A stretch of DNA of 64,000 nt. It comes from Neoechinorhynchus agilis. Its lineage: Eukaryota; Animalia; Acanthocephala. This document shows positions 1-12,450 of this stretch, piece by piece. Within the stretch, counting starts at the first letter, position 1. Every line of letters begins with the position of its first letter. The notes under the pieces were generated by a model, which saw only the letters and a list, made by a program, of their open reading frames with translations, did not search any database and was not told the origin of the DNA. The DNA lies in assembly GCA_051530055.1 (NCBI GenBank), contig CM121341.1, positions 16,780,784 to 16,844,783 on the forward strand, written 5' to 3'. The position numbers and the translations under genes are program-made.

Positions 1-728
1 ATTTGGTTGAAAATTTCCGTTATATATTTGTGCTGGCTGATACCACGGATTATAGTTCATGGCAAATGTATTAGGTGGGATATTATTATAAGTTTGAGAT
101 CTGAATTGTGGCAGCTGATTGTATCCATTGGGTGGATACAAATTTGGAGCTAATTGCTCCTGGGTACCATGGCTTTCGGTCGAAAACGGGTTGGGGAAGT
201 CTCCAGTTCTTGTCCGTGTAGGTCGCCGTCCTCTTCCCGGTCTACGTCCGTCACGCGCTCCATTCATATTTTCCTGTCCAACCCGAGGTCGCTTTGCTGG
301 ACGTTCCTTTATGTTGTTTGGATCGTACGTCCAATAGGATTCTCTGCAACCTGTGGCGCTTACCACCCTTACAAATTGATCATGGTGTGATAAATTGTGT
401 CTTATCGAGTTCTAAAATTGAGATATTATTGAAGTTTTAAAAAATGAATCATGGCGATGCTCACCTTCATTTGATCGATATCTCTTTTGACGGTCATTGA
501 TGCGAAATATTCAACATTACTAATCATCCAATTGTAGATTTCTTGTAGCGTTAGTCGCTGCTCTGCTGAGGTTGTAATCGCCAGCTGAATAAGTTCAGCA
601 TAAGTGGCGAATCCCCAAGGATTTTGTCGTCTCCCAGGTTTCCTTACAGTCTCAGTGGCCGCCTGTTCATGTGGATTTATTGTCGCTGAGGCATTCTCGT
701 AATTGTTTAATCGATTTAGATTGTTCAT
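1..728 (-). CDS. foxo: FoxO-type forkhead transcription factor, copy 1 (partial; exon 1 728-465, 53-nt intron, exon 2 from 411 running off the window start)
   Basis: Spliced translation RRQNPWGFATYAELIQLAI...LTLQEIYNWM...YF...QMK|NSIRHNLSHHDQFVRV...SYWTYNP. The GT-AG intron (AAG|GTGAGC ... TTTTAG|AAC) falls at the conserved FoxO xWK|NSIRHNL position. Nearly identical to 34622-35349 (offset 34621). Confidence 0.85.
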
Positions 729-1620
729 TGAAGTTGTTTGATCCTTGAAATTTGACGTTGTTACAAAGTTTAAGAATCAACGTGAATAGACGATCTTCAA
801 GTGTTAAGCGCAGCTTATATACTCCTGGATGTTTCTTGAAAACATTGACACCTAATCCAAGTGAAAAATATTGTATTTTTGAGTTCAAGTACACTTATAA
901 TTCGTAGTTAGAATTTTGAAACAGTTCGCCTCAGAATAAGCAGATAAATTTAAAATTACCAGACATTAATTAGTACTCACCGAAGATCGGCGTTTTTTAG
1001 CAATTAATAAATACACACGTTGATCCTCATCAGATTTAAACACTTACACGTCTGAATGTTCTGAAGGACGGGTTGTTCCTCATCGTTTGTGAGTTTATTT
1101 GGTATAAAATTCAATAAATGAGCTGTTCGAAAGTTAAAAAGCTGTTTACTTTAAAATGGGCCTTTTTTTGATCATAGATCAAAACATTTTTGCCTCTGTC
1201 AAATTGATGATCTCGTCAATAAACACTTTGCCTTGAAAGTTGTGATGAAATCAGAAGGAAACTATAATGCTACTTTATATGGGTTTTGGCTACAATCAGT
1301 AGTCTTCAAGAAAACCAAACAATCTGCTAATCATTTTTTTAATTTTTGTTGGCGACCAGCTTAACCGCTTTAAATCAAAAATTAAGCAATTTGAAAATCA
1401 CCAACATGGAACACGGTTTGTTGCTGGAATTTCACTTTGATTAACATACTTAAATTGCACTGTTCTGAAATACTTAGAAACGCCTCTGGTTTGAACGAAG
1501 CTTTTAAACACCCAGGAATGTATAAAACTGTATTTCAATTTCACATATTTCACTTTATTAATTTATAAAGTTTACTTCCAGGTAGACATTTAAAAAATAA
1601 AGTACTATCGCACTATATTT
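729..1620 (-). repeat. Shared FoxO upstream module (duplicated non-coding segment)
   Basis: Direct near-identical copy of ~35350-36250; inverted copies at ~29260-29998, 40310-40518 and 42760-43138. Confidence 0.9.
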
Positions 1621-1699
1621 TCCATCCGCATGATCGATCAGGTTTTTTATTGGCACTTGGACGGGCAGTTGTAGATATGAAGAAAAATCAATATTTTTG

Positions 1700-2030
1700 A
1701 GCATTCGACGTCTTACGGCTTCTTCAGAAATCTACAAAGGCACGTGGAGTTGTGAAGTGTGTTGAAGTAGCGACATCGAAACGGAAAGTTCGTCCCGCTT
1801 GTTGAGCAGTACTGTAGCTTTGCCTAGCTGATGTCCAGAACTCGCCCGCGCATTGTCCGCTAAAACGCTCGTTGCGAGGACAATCGGGACATCATTTCTC
1901 GGTCGTCGTAGCATTTTTCGAACGTGGCTAGTGAATTTTCACTCAGCGAAAATTGCGTTCACTAGCTCTATCGCCAATGATTTCTCCGTTAATGACGATG
2001 AGCAAACCAGCGCTGTCATTATCAGGCGGT
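1700..2030 (-). mobile_element. Penelope-like element fragment (RT thumb region)
   Basis: Reverse-complement copy of part of 39817-40310, which translates ...RTALVCSS...EILNEIFADNGY..., typical of the PLE RT C-terminal region. Confidence 0.7.
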
Positions 2031-2079
2031 CGACTTCCCGAGAAAGCGCACTTTCTAGAGAGAGCTGCTTCCCTTTGCC

Positions 2080-3080
2080 CGTCAAGTCCATGACCCGAAC
2101 CATTTGCAAAAGATGAGATGGCCTTTTTTAACTCTGAAATTTGAGTGGGTGTCCTGTCTTGTATGGGAGGTGGTGGAATTTCAAAACTGACACTACTTCA
2201 TGGATGTTATGACCGGAGTATTTGTAGTGTCGCGTTGTCTCCTCGTGCAAAACTGTCGGAGGATGACAATAACCGAACAACCCCCCGAACATCTCCGTCC
2301 GCAAGCTTCGAAGAGACACATTCAGTCAGTGATCGCTTTGAAAAAGGGCAACGAAACCCTTCCCTCGTGCGTCCTTTACGAACCTCGCAGTTCGAAAGAG
2401 GCCGCGCTTTCCTTGATTGTTGATGTCATCACTGGTGCAAAGAACCAAGCGCGGGAATGTGAAGAGCCGTGTCCATTATGGCGCACAGTTCTTTTGGAGG
2501 CAATCGTTGAGCATTCCTTTAAATGCGTTGGCGACCTGATATCGTGCACCCTTTGGGATCCGTTTCAGGACGTTCCTGGGCAGAAAGCGCACGATATCAG
2601 GTTTCGAAATAGAGTCCGTGGTGATCTGAGAGGTCCGAGGTATAAACAGATCGCTTGATTGTGGTGCAGAACCAGACTCGCTTCAGCGGAGATCCCGGGG
2701 ACCATGGGCAAACAAAACCCCAAATTGGTTAATTTATAAGACTTACCGCAAACCGAACACACACCAGTAGAGACGTGGGGGAGTCCGGCAAAGTTGATCT
2801 TCTCAGGTTAGCGTGATCGATAAGCGGCGCGTTGAAGGTGTCTGCGCCAGTAGCGTCGATTGTAGGCGATATGAACGCAGTTCGCTGCTTATTTTCAGTC
2901 GAGATTTTCTTTGAGAACTGAGCCTTCGAATTATCAGAATTTTCTGGCGGTTGCATTGATGGCTCGTTTTGGGTGGGCAAGTTTCCGTCTTCATATTGTT
3001 GTCTAACATGCAGGTTACGAGCGAAGCGAGGACGGTGTCGTCGGTGGTGGAGGCCGCAAATCATTTGCAACTATACAGTA
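2080..3080 (-). mobile_element. CRE-clade non-LTR retrotransposon, degenerate 5-prime part
   Basis: Cys-containing N-terminal segment (CSVCGKSY) and pre-RT region. Direct match to ~41685-41985 and ~42315-42680, which read ...KKAISSFANGSDHGLDGLRPQH, the CRE-type SF..GS.GG.DGLRPQH motif. Confidence 0.65.
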
Positions 3081-4960
3081 GACCTTTCAATTTGTAAAGC
3101 GTTGGATATTTTCACCAGCAATATTGTAATATTTCCAATCTTTTGTACTAAAAACTTCGTGAACATACTATTTACTTTTTGTAGGAAAATCTTTTCATAT
3201 CAATGATTTTTTAAAGACGACCGGATCCTTTTGTGATCCTCGATCTTTAATTCACTTTGCGGATGGCTAATAAATAAGGATGCAACGATGGTTGAAACCT
3301 AATTTTATAGCGGCAGGACATCGAATGCGAATTATAATGTGAATCGGATTATTTGTCAGATGTCCATATTTATTTTTGTAAGTAAAATACTGTAATACGC
3401 AATTCAAAAAACAGATTTTTCGAGCACTTGTGTATCTAAATGAAATATTCTTGTTTCTGCATAAGCGATCTTGTTGTTTTACTAGAAATACTATAAAACC
3501 AAAATGATTGGCAGAAAATGATTAACCCTTTTTATTATCTCGAAAACGCGTACACGTTGTAAACTAAGCAGAGCTGTCGTTGAAATTTTTTTACTTAATC
3601 TCAATTAAGTTAATCTTTGACAGAACGATTTATTTTAACGATTTTTAAGTTAAGCTCGCTTTGCTTCATAGTGAAAATTCAAAAGGACTTGCATTGGGCT
3701 GTAAAAGGTAAGTAGGGCACTGGAGGTTTTCCGTTGTGAGTTGAGGTAGGACTCACTTTTCAAAGAACATCAAAAGAGCATCGATTTTCGCTAACGATCT
3801 CGCACTGCGGAAAAGAGCTTTTTAACTTTCGGTTTGATTTCGAAACAATTTACAGTAAGTTTCGGCCACAGGCCAAAGCCCAATGACGAGTACAGTGTCC
3901 ATTTGGACGCTCCCGAGGGCATACGAAAAATAAAGAAAATTTATATGTAAATCGATTGAGATTTATGAAAATCATTGTTTTAATTCCCAAGATCAGGACG
4001 TAAACTTGGATTGAAAATGGATGTGTTATCCCGGACAATCAAATTCCAAAAGGAAATGGGTACGAATCTGTAAAAGCTAATTTTCGCATTAATGCAAAAG
4101 GTTTTGTAACCTTAGCTTTTCATTTCCAAAGGACGCAATACAATATAAAACTCGCAAAATTAAATAGAGCAAAACTTTATATTCCTTGCATTACTGAACA
4201 AAAGCATTTATTTTTACCTGCTGAAACGATTACATTAACGCTTTATTTTACTTGGATTTTTACAAACCCTTTAGGTCTCGAAATTTTTATGCAAACGTTT
4301 TATTGTTTCTAAAGAATACGTTATCGCTTCAATTGGAAAACACAATCGGGGCAATGCGGCCAGCATTTTGGCCAGCGCCGCTGAATGGGAGCGTTGATCA
4401 TCTGAATTGGAAGTATAAAAGTTCATGAGCCGTTCAATCTTCAAACGCGAAAAGAAAGATATGTTGTTTGTTTATGGCTTAAACAAAAACTAAAAGGCCA
4501 ACAACCAATTACAGCCATTAATAAATAAGCTGTGCAAATTATGCGCCCATTTTGTGGAGGTGTTTCTTGATCTGATATATTTTAGCGGTTTCCCAATTTT
4601 TCGGAGTTAGATAGTTGAAAAAATAGTTCTTAATGACATAATTTATGGTTGGCTTTTCGATACTTTCTTTTTTAATACGATAAATATACTCTTATTTGAG
4701 TTGAGGCAGTTTTGGAATGAAACTATTAATTTCACTTTTTGGTAACTGGGAGGTGCGATGCTCATTATATTCTACCTTTTTATCCGAGGCAACAAAACCA
4801 TCGTTAGTATTTATCCAATTTTTGTTAGGAATAGATGTTCCTTCATTATGAACAACCATATTTGGAACTTTTCCATTTGCAAATAAACCGTGGGAAGATA
4901 ACAACCCATCTTTATTATAACCAACAACGTTTGTGTGGGGGCCGGTTTAGAACGATCACC

Positions 4961-6885
4961 ACTTTGGATTTTTGTTCGACTTCATAAAAATCCCTCAAAA
5001 ACGTGCCTAGAAGTGCAGGGATCAAATGCAGGACCGCCGATGACTTTCAACCAAAGGGAACGAATTACCGCTGAATTGAGGAAATTCACTGATGAGTCTC
5101 GCCTCCTTGAGAGGTATCTGAGGATCTGGATGGATGTACAAACTCTTTACCGTAAGTTTCATTGTTTTAAGGGATTCAATCACTTCTCTGATGCAAGATA
5201 TCGATGTGGCTGTATGTCTAAAGGAAAAGTCGAGTAAGAGATGTCCTAAATCAGAATATTACATTCTATTAGAAATAAATCCCGAATTAAACCTTCATAA
5301 ACTATTTATCTTAACAAATAAGACTTTGAACAATCATTACTTTGGATTTTTGTTCGACTTCATAAAAATCCCTCAAAAACGTGCCTAGAAGTGCAGGGAT
5401 CAAATGCAGGACCGCCGATGACTTTCAACCAAAGGGAACGAATTACCGCTGAATTGAGGAAATTCACTGATGAGTCTCGCCTCCTTGACAGGTATCTGAG
5501 GATCTGGATGGATGTACAAACTCTTTACCGTAAGTTTCATTGTTTTAAGGGATTCAATCACTTCTCTGATGCAAGATATCGATGTGGCTGTATGTCTAAA
5601 GGAAAAGTCGAGTAAGAGATGTCCTAAATCAGAATATTACATTCTATTAGAAATAAATCCCGAATTAAACCTTCATAAACTATTTATCTTAACAAATAAG
5701 ACTTTGAACAATCATTACTTTGGATTTTTGTTCGACTTCATAAAAATCCCTCAAAAACGTGCCTAGAAGTGCAGGGTTCAAATGCAGGACCGCCGATGAC
5801 TTTCAACCAAAGGGAACGAATTACCGCTGAATTGAGGAAATTCACTGATGAGTCTCGCCTCCTTGACAGGTATCTGAGGATCTGGAGGGATGTACAAACT
5901 CTTTACCGTAAGTTTCATTGTTTTAAGGGATTCAATCACTTCTCTGATGCAAGATATCGATGTGGCTGTATGTCTAAAGGAAAAGTCGAGTAAGAGATGT
6001 CCTAAATCAGAATATTACATTCTATTAGAAATAAATCCCGAATTAAACCTTCATAAACTATTTATCTTAACAAATAAGACTTTGAACAATCATTACTTTG
6101 GATTTTTGTTCGACTTCATAAAAATCCCTCAAAAACGTGCCTAGAAGTGCAGGGTTCAAATGCAGGACCGCCGATGACTTTCAACCAAAGGGAACGAATT
6201 ACCGCTGAATTGAGGAAATTCACTGATGAGTCTCGCCTCCTTGACAGGTATCTGAGGATCTGGATGGATGTACAAACTCTTTACCGTAAGTTTCATTGTT
6301 TTAAGGGATTCAATCACTTCTCTGATGCAAGATATCGATGTGGCTGTATGTCTAAAGGAAAAGTCGAGTAAGAGATGTCCTAAATCAGAATATTACATTC
6401 TATTAGAAATAAATCCCGAATTAAACCTTCATAAACTATTTATCTTAACAAATAAGACTTTGAACAATCATTACTTTGGATTTTTGTTCGACTTCATAAA
6501 AATCCCTCAAAAACGTGCCTAGAAGTGCAGGGTTCAAATGCAGGACCGCCGATGACTTTCAACCAAAGGGAACGAATTACCGCTGAATTGAGGAAATTCA
6601 CTGATGAGTCTCGCCTCCTTGAGAGGTATCTGAGAATCTGGATGGATGTACAAACTCTTTACCGTAAGTTTCATTGTTTTAAGGGATTCAATCACTTCTC
6701 TGATGCAAGATATCGATGTGACTGTTTGTCTAAAGGAAAAGTCGAGTAAGAGATGTCCTAAATCAGAATATTACATTTCATTAGAAATAAATCCCGAATT
6801 AAAACTTCAATCTTAACATATACGACTGAATAATCACCACATTGAAATTTTTGTTCGACTTAATAAAGAACCCTCAACAAAGTGC
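4961..6885 (+). repeat. Tandem array, 378-bp unit, 5 nearly identical copies plus a degenerate tail
   Basis: Unit restarts at ~4961, 5339, 5717, 6095, 6473; the ORF track shows the same 74/84-aa ORFs every 378 bp. Confidence 0.98.
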
Positions 6886-7029
6886 AATTCTTTCATCCAT
6901 CCAGAGCATCGTTTTGCTTACTAGAGATTTCTTTTTATCCGTCACATTCAAGATATCGATATGTGAGGAGTTTACGCGATTTAATGATTTGAATTATTGT
7001 CTAGAAGTCTTCACACGGTAAATAACTCT

Positions 7030-7078
7030 TTTTAAGAACGTTTCGAACTTCTTGGGGTTCATCATCAGTTCTAAAATA
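7030..7078 (-). ncRNA. Minimal type I hammerhead ribozyme motif at a PLE 3-prime end
   Basis: Minus strand TTTTAGAA-CTGATGA-T-GAAC-CCCAAGAA-GTTC-GAAA-CG-T-T-CTTAAAAG: intact core, paired stem II, self-complementary ACGT stem III, ~70 nt downstream of the GIY-YIG stop at 7144. Stem I pairing is imperfect. Confidence 0.7.
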
Positions 7079-7143
7079 CAAGTTGTTAAATGGTTATTCC
7101 ACTCTCAAACGGACTTATTTTTGATTTTGTAGTTTCCTTTTTG

Positions 7144-7790
7144 TTAGCTTTGAAGACAGAGTTTGTAGCCTCGTTGGTCATTCAGGTCCGGTTTCTGTTC
7201 TTTGATTAAGAAAACTTCCTTAATAAAGCGTCAAAAGTTATTTCGTTCACTGTCTAAAACCATTATTTGGTTGTAATTGGCAACGAAGTGGCCAGTTTGC
7301 ACCTCGTTCAACGCGATAACGCCCTGAACCGCTCATTTTCTGCCAATTTCGTCTTAAAATTCCGACCTGTTTGTCCGATTTAATTGCTGTTGCATTTTTT
7401 TCTACAAGAAAATTTGTAGGCAACAACCCTCTTTTTTTACCTCTTGGTATTTCCTGGAAATGAGGTTTCGTATCAGTAGTGAAGGCCGAAAATAAAATGG
7501 GCATTTTTTCGGCAGATCGCTGTTCTTAATTATCCTCTAGATTTTGCAACGCCAACAGTTGGTTCGTGGTTCGCTGTCCGGAACTCTAATGCGTAGGTCC
7601 ATTCGATTCCGTCCCAGGGTGTTCCTCGCACGGTCCACTTGCTCTCGCGCTGAAGTAAGAATATCTTTTGGGTACTCAACTAGCTGAAAATTCGCTTTGG
7701 CTGTTGGATTTCATATGTGACGCACTCCTCGCTGCAGATATTGTAGGCACGATACAGAAAACCTTGGAAGGTCGTCGCTAATAATTCTTA
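7144..7790 (-). mobile_element. Degenerate Penelope-like element (RT thumb plus GIY-YIG endonuclease)
   Basis: Frameshifted minus-strand translation: GFLYRAYNICSEE...EYPKDIL...AYKFSCRKKCNSN*IGQTGRNFKTKLAE...VLDSERNNF*RFIKEVFLIKEQKPDLNDQRG. Confidence 0.8.
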
Positions 7791-7829
7791 TAGACATCAG
7801 TCCTTAATTTCACATGACTACTTGAGAAG

Positions 7830-8825
7830 ATGTCGTTATTGGTTTTTCGACGATTTCAGTCCGTCCGTTTCTCGTCATCCGTAGCTCCGATTTATAAATG
7901 GAACAAGCCGGGTTCTCCGGGACTCTCCTACTTTGTTCAAAAATCAGGAGGACGTGGATGCTTACCGAAAGTACCGCTTGCACCATCTCGAAATCTTGGT
8001 AAAGCTCTAAATGACTTCGGAAACCTGAGCACTGTTTGCGAGGAGGCCAAATGTCCAAACCGTGCTGAATGCTGGTCTCATGGAACAGCTACAATCATGA
8101 TAATGGGCGATGTATGTACCCGAGCGTGCCGGTTTTGTTCAGTCAAGACCAAAGCTCGTCCACCTCCTCTCGATTCTAACGAACCTCAAAAAGTAGCCGA
8201 AGCCGTGGCTAATTCCAATCTATTTGGCAAGCGAGCACTTCGGTACATTGTCATTACGACTGTCACAAGAGACGATCTTGTGGATCACGGATGTGATCAT
8301 TTCGTTCAATGTGTTAAGGAACTTAAAAAGCGGTGTCCAAACGTGAAAGTGGAATGCCTAACATCGGATTTTGGGGGAAATTTGGATTTGGTGAGGAAGA
8401 TGGCCATTGAAAGTGGTCTTGATGTTTATTCTCATAATGTGGAGACTGTTAGGGAGTTGCAGAGATTGATGAGGGATCGCCGTGCTTCGTTTGATCAATC
8501 ACTAAATGTTCTTAGGACGGCTAAAGAAGCTAAGTCTGATCTACTTACAAAATCGAGCCTTATGCTCGGAGTGGGAGAGACCGATGAGCAAGTAAAGAAC
8601 ACCCTTGTTGCTCTTAGAGGCATTGGAGTGGATAGCATCACATTTGGTCAATACCTTCAACCGACCAAAAATCATCTTAAGGTCAAAGAGTTCATAAGTG
8701 ATGAGAAATTCGAATACTGGAAACTGGAGGCTGAGAAGCTTGGCTTTGTCGGTGTTGCGAGCGGAAAGTTGGTAAGATCGTCTTATAGAGCTGATAAGAT
8801 CCTAGAAGCTGTGAACTTTTCTTAG
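7830..8825 (+). CDS. LIAS: Lipoyl synthase, mitochondrial (radical SAM), intronless
   Basis: [13 protein letters not shown] (CX4CX5C), CTRACRFC (CX3CX2C), [23 protein letters not shown] and C-terminal RSSY motifs. Confidence 0.97.
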   Translation: MSLLVFRRFQSVRFSSSVAPIYKWNKPGSPGLSYFVQKSGGRGCLPKVPLAPSRNLGKALNDFGNLSTVCEEAKCPNRAECWSHGTATIMIMGDVCTRACRFCSVKTKARPPPLDSNEPQKVAEAVANSNLFGKRALRYIVITTVTRDDLVDHGCDHFVQCVKELKKRCPNVKVECLTSDFGGNLDLVRKMAIESGLDVYSHNVETVRELQRLMRDRRASFDQSLNVLRTAKEAKSDLLTKSSLMLGVGETDEQVKNTLVALRGIGVDSITFGQYLQPTKNHLKVKEFISDEKFEYWKLEAEKLGFVGVASGKLVRSSYRADKILEAVNFS

Positions 8826-9222
8826 ATTGAAGGCGAACATTAACGCCGAGATTTTTAATTGAGATTGGTGGCAAAAATTTCTGCTATCAGTTTTCTTAGG
8901 GGATTTCAATGGGGCAGAGATATCATAAATGGGTACCACGTTTTATCTGCCCCAAAGCGAGAATCGGGTATCTTTCGCTCAAAGAATGTACAAAAACATT
9001 GGAAGATTGCGGTAAAAACTAGTCTGTACGCAATGTAAACGCTCGATTCAATGCTTAGCAAATTTAAAATAAGGATCATCTGCGCCTTAAACGGATTTTT
9101 ATCTTACTTGTGGATCGTTAAAAAATGAACAAGAATTTGTGTTTCCTCAAGCGCTATTACTGTTTAAAAACTCATTAACTCAATATCATTGAATAATCTC
9201 CTTTCCTCTTAGTTCTTTAGAT

Positions 9223-11170
9223 ATGTCAATGCTCCTTGTGTTTGGTCCAATATACGCAATATACGTCGCTGTGCTATTCGGACTGCATTTTCGAATCAAC
9301 AATCAAATTTCGGATCCGTACATGGATGAGATATTTCATGTGCCTCAAGCTCAAGCGTACTGCGTTGGAAATTATAGCCACGTAAGAGAATTCCAGTTTA
9401 CGATTGCTCATTAAAGCACACAGTGGGACGGCAACATCACGACTCCGAGCGGTCTTTACTTTTATTCGTCAGCAATTGCATTTATCGAAAAAAGAGTTTT
9501 CAAAGTATGCGATTTAGGATGTAGTTCTTTACGATTCCACAATGTTTTTATTGGAACGATGATTCCTTTGATCATTATCAAAATTATAAAGGTATGTTAC
9601 GAACTTGTAAATCTGCTTAAGTTTATTTAAGGCCGATCATCTATTGGATTTCGTAGATTCTCTAAACATTGCCTTACACCCACCCATGTTTTTCTTTTAT
9701 TTTCTTTACTATACTGATTCACTGTCGATCGCGTTCTCTCTTCTGTCACTGCTGTTCGCGCTTCGTCGACGTCCTTGGGTTTCTGCACTTCTGATTGGAT
9801 ATGCAAGTCTCCAAGTAAGACAAACAAACATTGTATTTGTTCCTCTGATCGGATGGATCACCTTGAGGGAATGTATTCAAGTGAACAGAGAGTTCGCTAG
9901 GTTACCGCTCGGGGTACTGAGTGAAATTTTGGATTGTTTAGAATTTTAGAGCCATCAAAAGGAAAACACTAAACATTTATCTGCCTTCTTTATGGAAACC
10001 TGAGGTCTACTAATATTCTATAATTCATTGGCTACTCACAGAACGGTCGAAACACCTTATAGAAATTGTGATCTTTGATAAAAAAAATGTTTTCAATTGA
10101 ATGTGCTTTAATCGCTCAGTGCCCCGCGTTTACGGACTATGATGCGAAATCCTTCTTTGAGCCTCGATTATCTCAAAAGTCTGTTCACGGTTATGCCAGT
10201 GTTCAGAATATTACAAATACTCAATCCGTTCGCTATTGTAGTCGTCTCTTTTGCTGTTCATTTATGGATGATCGGCAAAGTTGTTCATGGCCACGCGGAG
10301 TATCACAAGCCACGTCTTCATTTGATGCAATTCTTTTACTTCTGTTGCTATTATTCAGCTTTCGAGTTGCCTGATATCATCTCTGGTATCAAGGACTTAA
10401 GCCCAAAACTTATGTTTTATTGCACTTTAGCTGGACCGATCATCATCAGACAGATTATGCAAAGGTTCATTTAAGAGTTTCAATTTTGGATACTGAGATT
10501 TGTTTTACTAGCACTATCAATTTATAAAATTCGTCCACGAAACATCAAATGATTTTAACAGATTGTTTATTTTTCAACGCTAACAAGTATTCGAAGCTTG
10601 ATAGTAGGCACGAAAACTTAACTTAACCCAAACACTGGTTATCACTCAAATAATGATTCTTTTTCCTCGCTGAAGATTTTTGTATACCAAATTTCATGTC
10701 TTCGATTTCCCTTAATGAACCTCGGCAATCAGTATCATTTTTCATTCGAGCATCCATTTCTATTGGCAGATAATCGCCATTACACGTTTTATATTTGGAG
10801 AAGAATTTTAAAACCAGAAAAATGGGCTGTACTTCCGATTTTATACACTGTATCCACAATAAGTTTCTTGAAAAGATTGTTGACGATACATCACAGTGCA
10901 GATCTTGGCTTATTTGTGACTGTTATTGGCCTTCTAATATCGGTGATTGTCGCAATCTGCTTTCATCCCTTATTCGAATTAAGATATTTTATCCACCCGT
11001 TTATTTTTTGCACGTTGCTCATACGAATCAACCGCTCACAAAAACGTTCAATGGCCAAGAGTATTATTCATCTCTTAATGAGTATTGGAACAAATGGCTT
11101 AATCATTTGGATATTCTTATACAAGACTTTCATTTATGCTGATGGAAGCATTGCAAGATTTATGTATTAA
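9223..11170 (+). CDS. ALG10: Alpha-1,2-glucosyltransferase ALG10/DIE2, about 5 exons
   Basis: PYMDEIFHVPQAQAYC, WDGNITTPSGLY, LYYTD, RQTNIV, HPFLLADNRHYTFYIW, ELRYF and terminal RFMY motifs. Introns 9382-9423 (42 nt) and 9592-9631 (40 nt) are clear; the later two are approximate. Confidence 0.92.
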
Positions 11171-11559
11171 ATTGGTTTGATTTTGCGACCAAAACAAAAA
11201 GGCCGTTGAATCGTTGTTTAAGTTTTGCCAATCATTAATAAGTTAGTGAAATCTACAAGGCCTTTATACTAAAGAGTACATTGAGCAATCATTCATTTGC
11301 TACATTAGTTTTATTTCGCTTAGAATCAATGCTTTCGAAATATCTTTATTTCGAACGTTATCCGAATTGGCCAATACGATTTCAACAATACTTTTTACGG
11401 ACAATGAACTGCTTAAAGAATAACTTTTAGATTTTTTAAAATGGTATCATCTAAACTAGCGATTTTTTTCACTTATTCGGGTACCAAGCGACTTAATTAA
11501 GATTTTGTTCGTCGCTCGCAGCCAGCAACATAAAATTCGCCTCCGTTGAACCGGAGGGG

Positions 11560-11850
11560 GAGCGGCAACCGCCGCTGAGGAACGCAAAAATACAAATGCA
11601 GGAACTTGGGTCGAAATCATTATTTTGTTCCCTTTGGCGTCGAGACGCTCGGGTCGTTTAGTACCACGGCGCAGGATCTGGTCAAGCAATTGTCCAAGCG
11701 ATTGAGACGAATCACTGGCGATCCGAGATCAGGAGCATTTCTCCTACAAAACATTAGTCTGGCTGTGCAACGGGGGGAACGCTGCAACCGCCCTTTCGAC
11801 CATTACACCACGACGGCAGCTGAGTGATCCAGAGCGGTGGCATGAATGTT
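11560..11850 (+). mobile_element. CRE-clade element, 3-prime end fragment
   Basis: FVPFGVETLGSF...RRITGDPRSGAFLLQNISLAVQRG, the RLE C-terminal motif. Confidence 0.85.
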
Positions 11851-12387
11851 TGTAAATACTTTTTTGTCCTTGTGAAGTTAGTCAAATCCTCTGCACTTTA
11901 TTCAGATCGACCATGAAATCATTACTTAATTTTCAACATTCTGACCTCATTTTTCAATTCATGAGACATTCTCCATTTCTTTTGTTCGTGTGTGAGTTGC
12001 GGGGCTATATGATCAAAAGAACACTTCTGCCCATTTCTTTTCCTTGACGCATTTAGATTCCTTCTACATTTCTAGACATTTCTAACAAAGGGCATTCGTT
12101 CTTAGCCTTCGCTGTTTACCAGTAATCCTTTTCTCAAACGCCTCCGATTGAAGCGAAAGTGAAGCGATTGATAAAAGAGCGGAGCCAGATGAACCAGAAA
12201 CGAGATATGCTCCGCTATTTCCAAATTGGTCGGCAAATAAGCAAAATAACTCAATATGTCAACGATGAACTCGAAAAGCAAGATGAAAATAAAATTACAG
12301 CGATTTCGAATCTTGTGCTTAAATTCCTGATTGTAGTTTGGCTTTTTCCCGATTTGACGAAATTTATTAAATTATTCAAAGTAAAAG

Positions 12388-12430
12388 GGTCAATATTTCG
12401 ACTCGCTCGTGAGTCTTCTTCAGGATGTCT
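12388..12430 (-). ncRNA. Minimal type I hammerhead ribozyme motif at a PLE 3-prime end
   Basis: Minus strand AGACATC-CTGAAGA-A-GACTC-ACGAGC-GAGTC-GAAA-TA-T-T-GACCC, immediately downstream of the GIY-YIG ORF ending at 12451. Confidence 0.75.
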
Positions 12431-12450
12431 AAAAAGAGTAGGAAAGTTTT

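Noticed and set aside
4692-4940. AT-rich minus-strand ORF as an endogenous viral fragment
   Set aside because: Short, no recognisable motif.
4961-6885. Repeated 74- and 84-aa ORFs as real tandem genes, a CRISPR array, or a retrozyme
   Set aside because: ORFs overlap and simply recur with the repeat; units are contiguous without spacers; CTGATGA and CTGAGGA occur but are not followed by a stem and GAAA.
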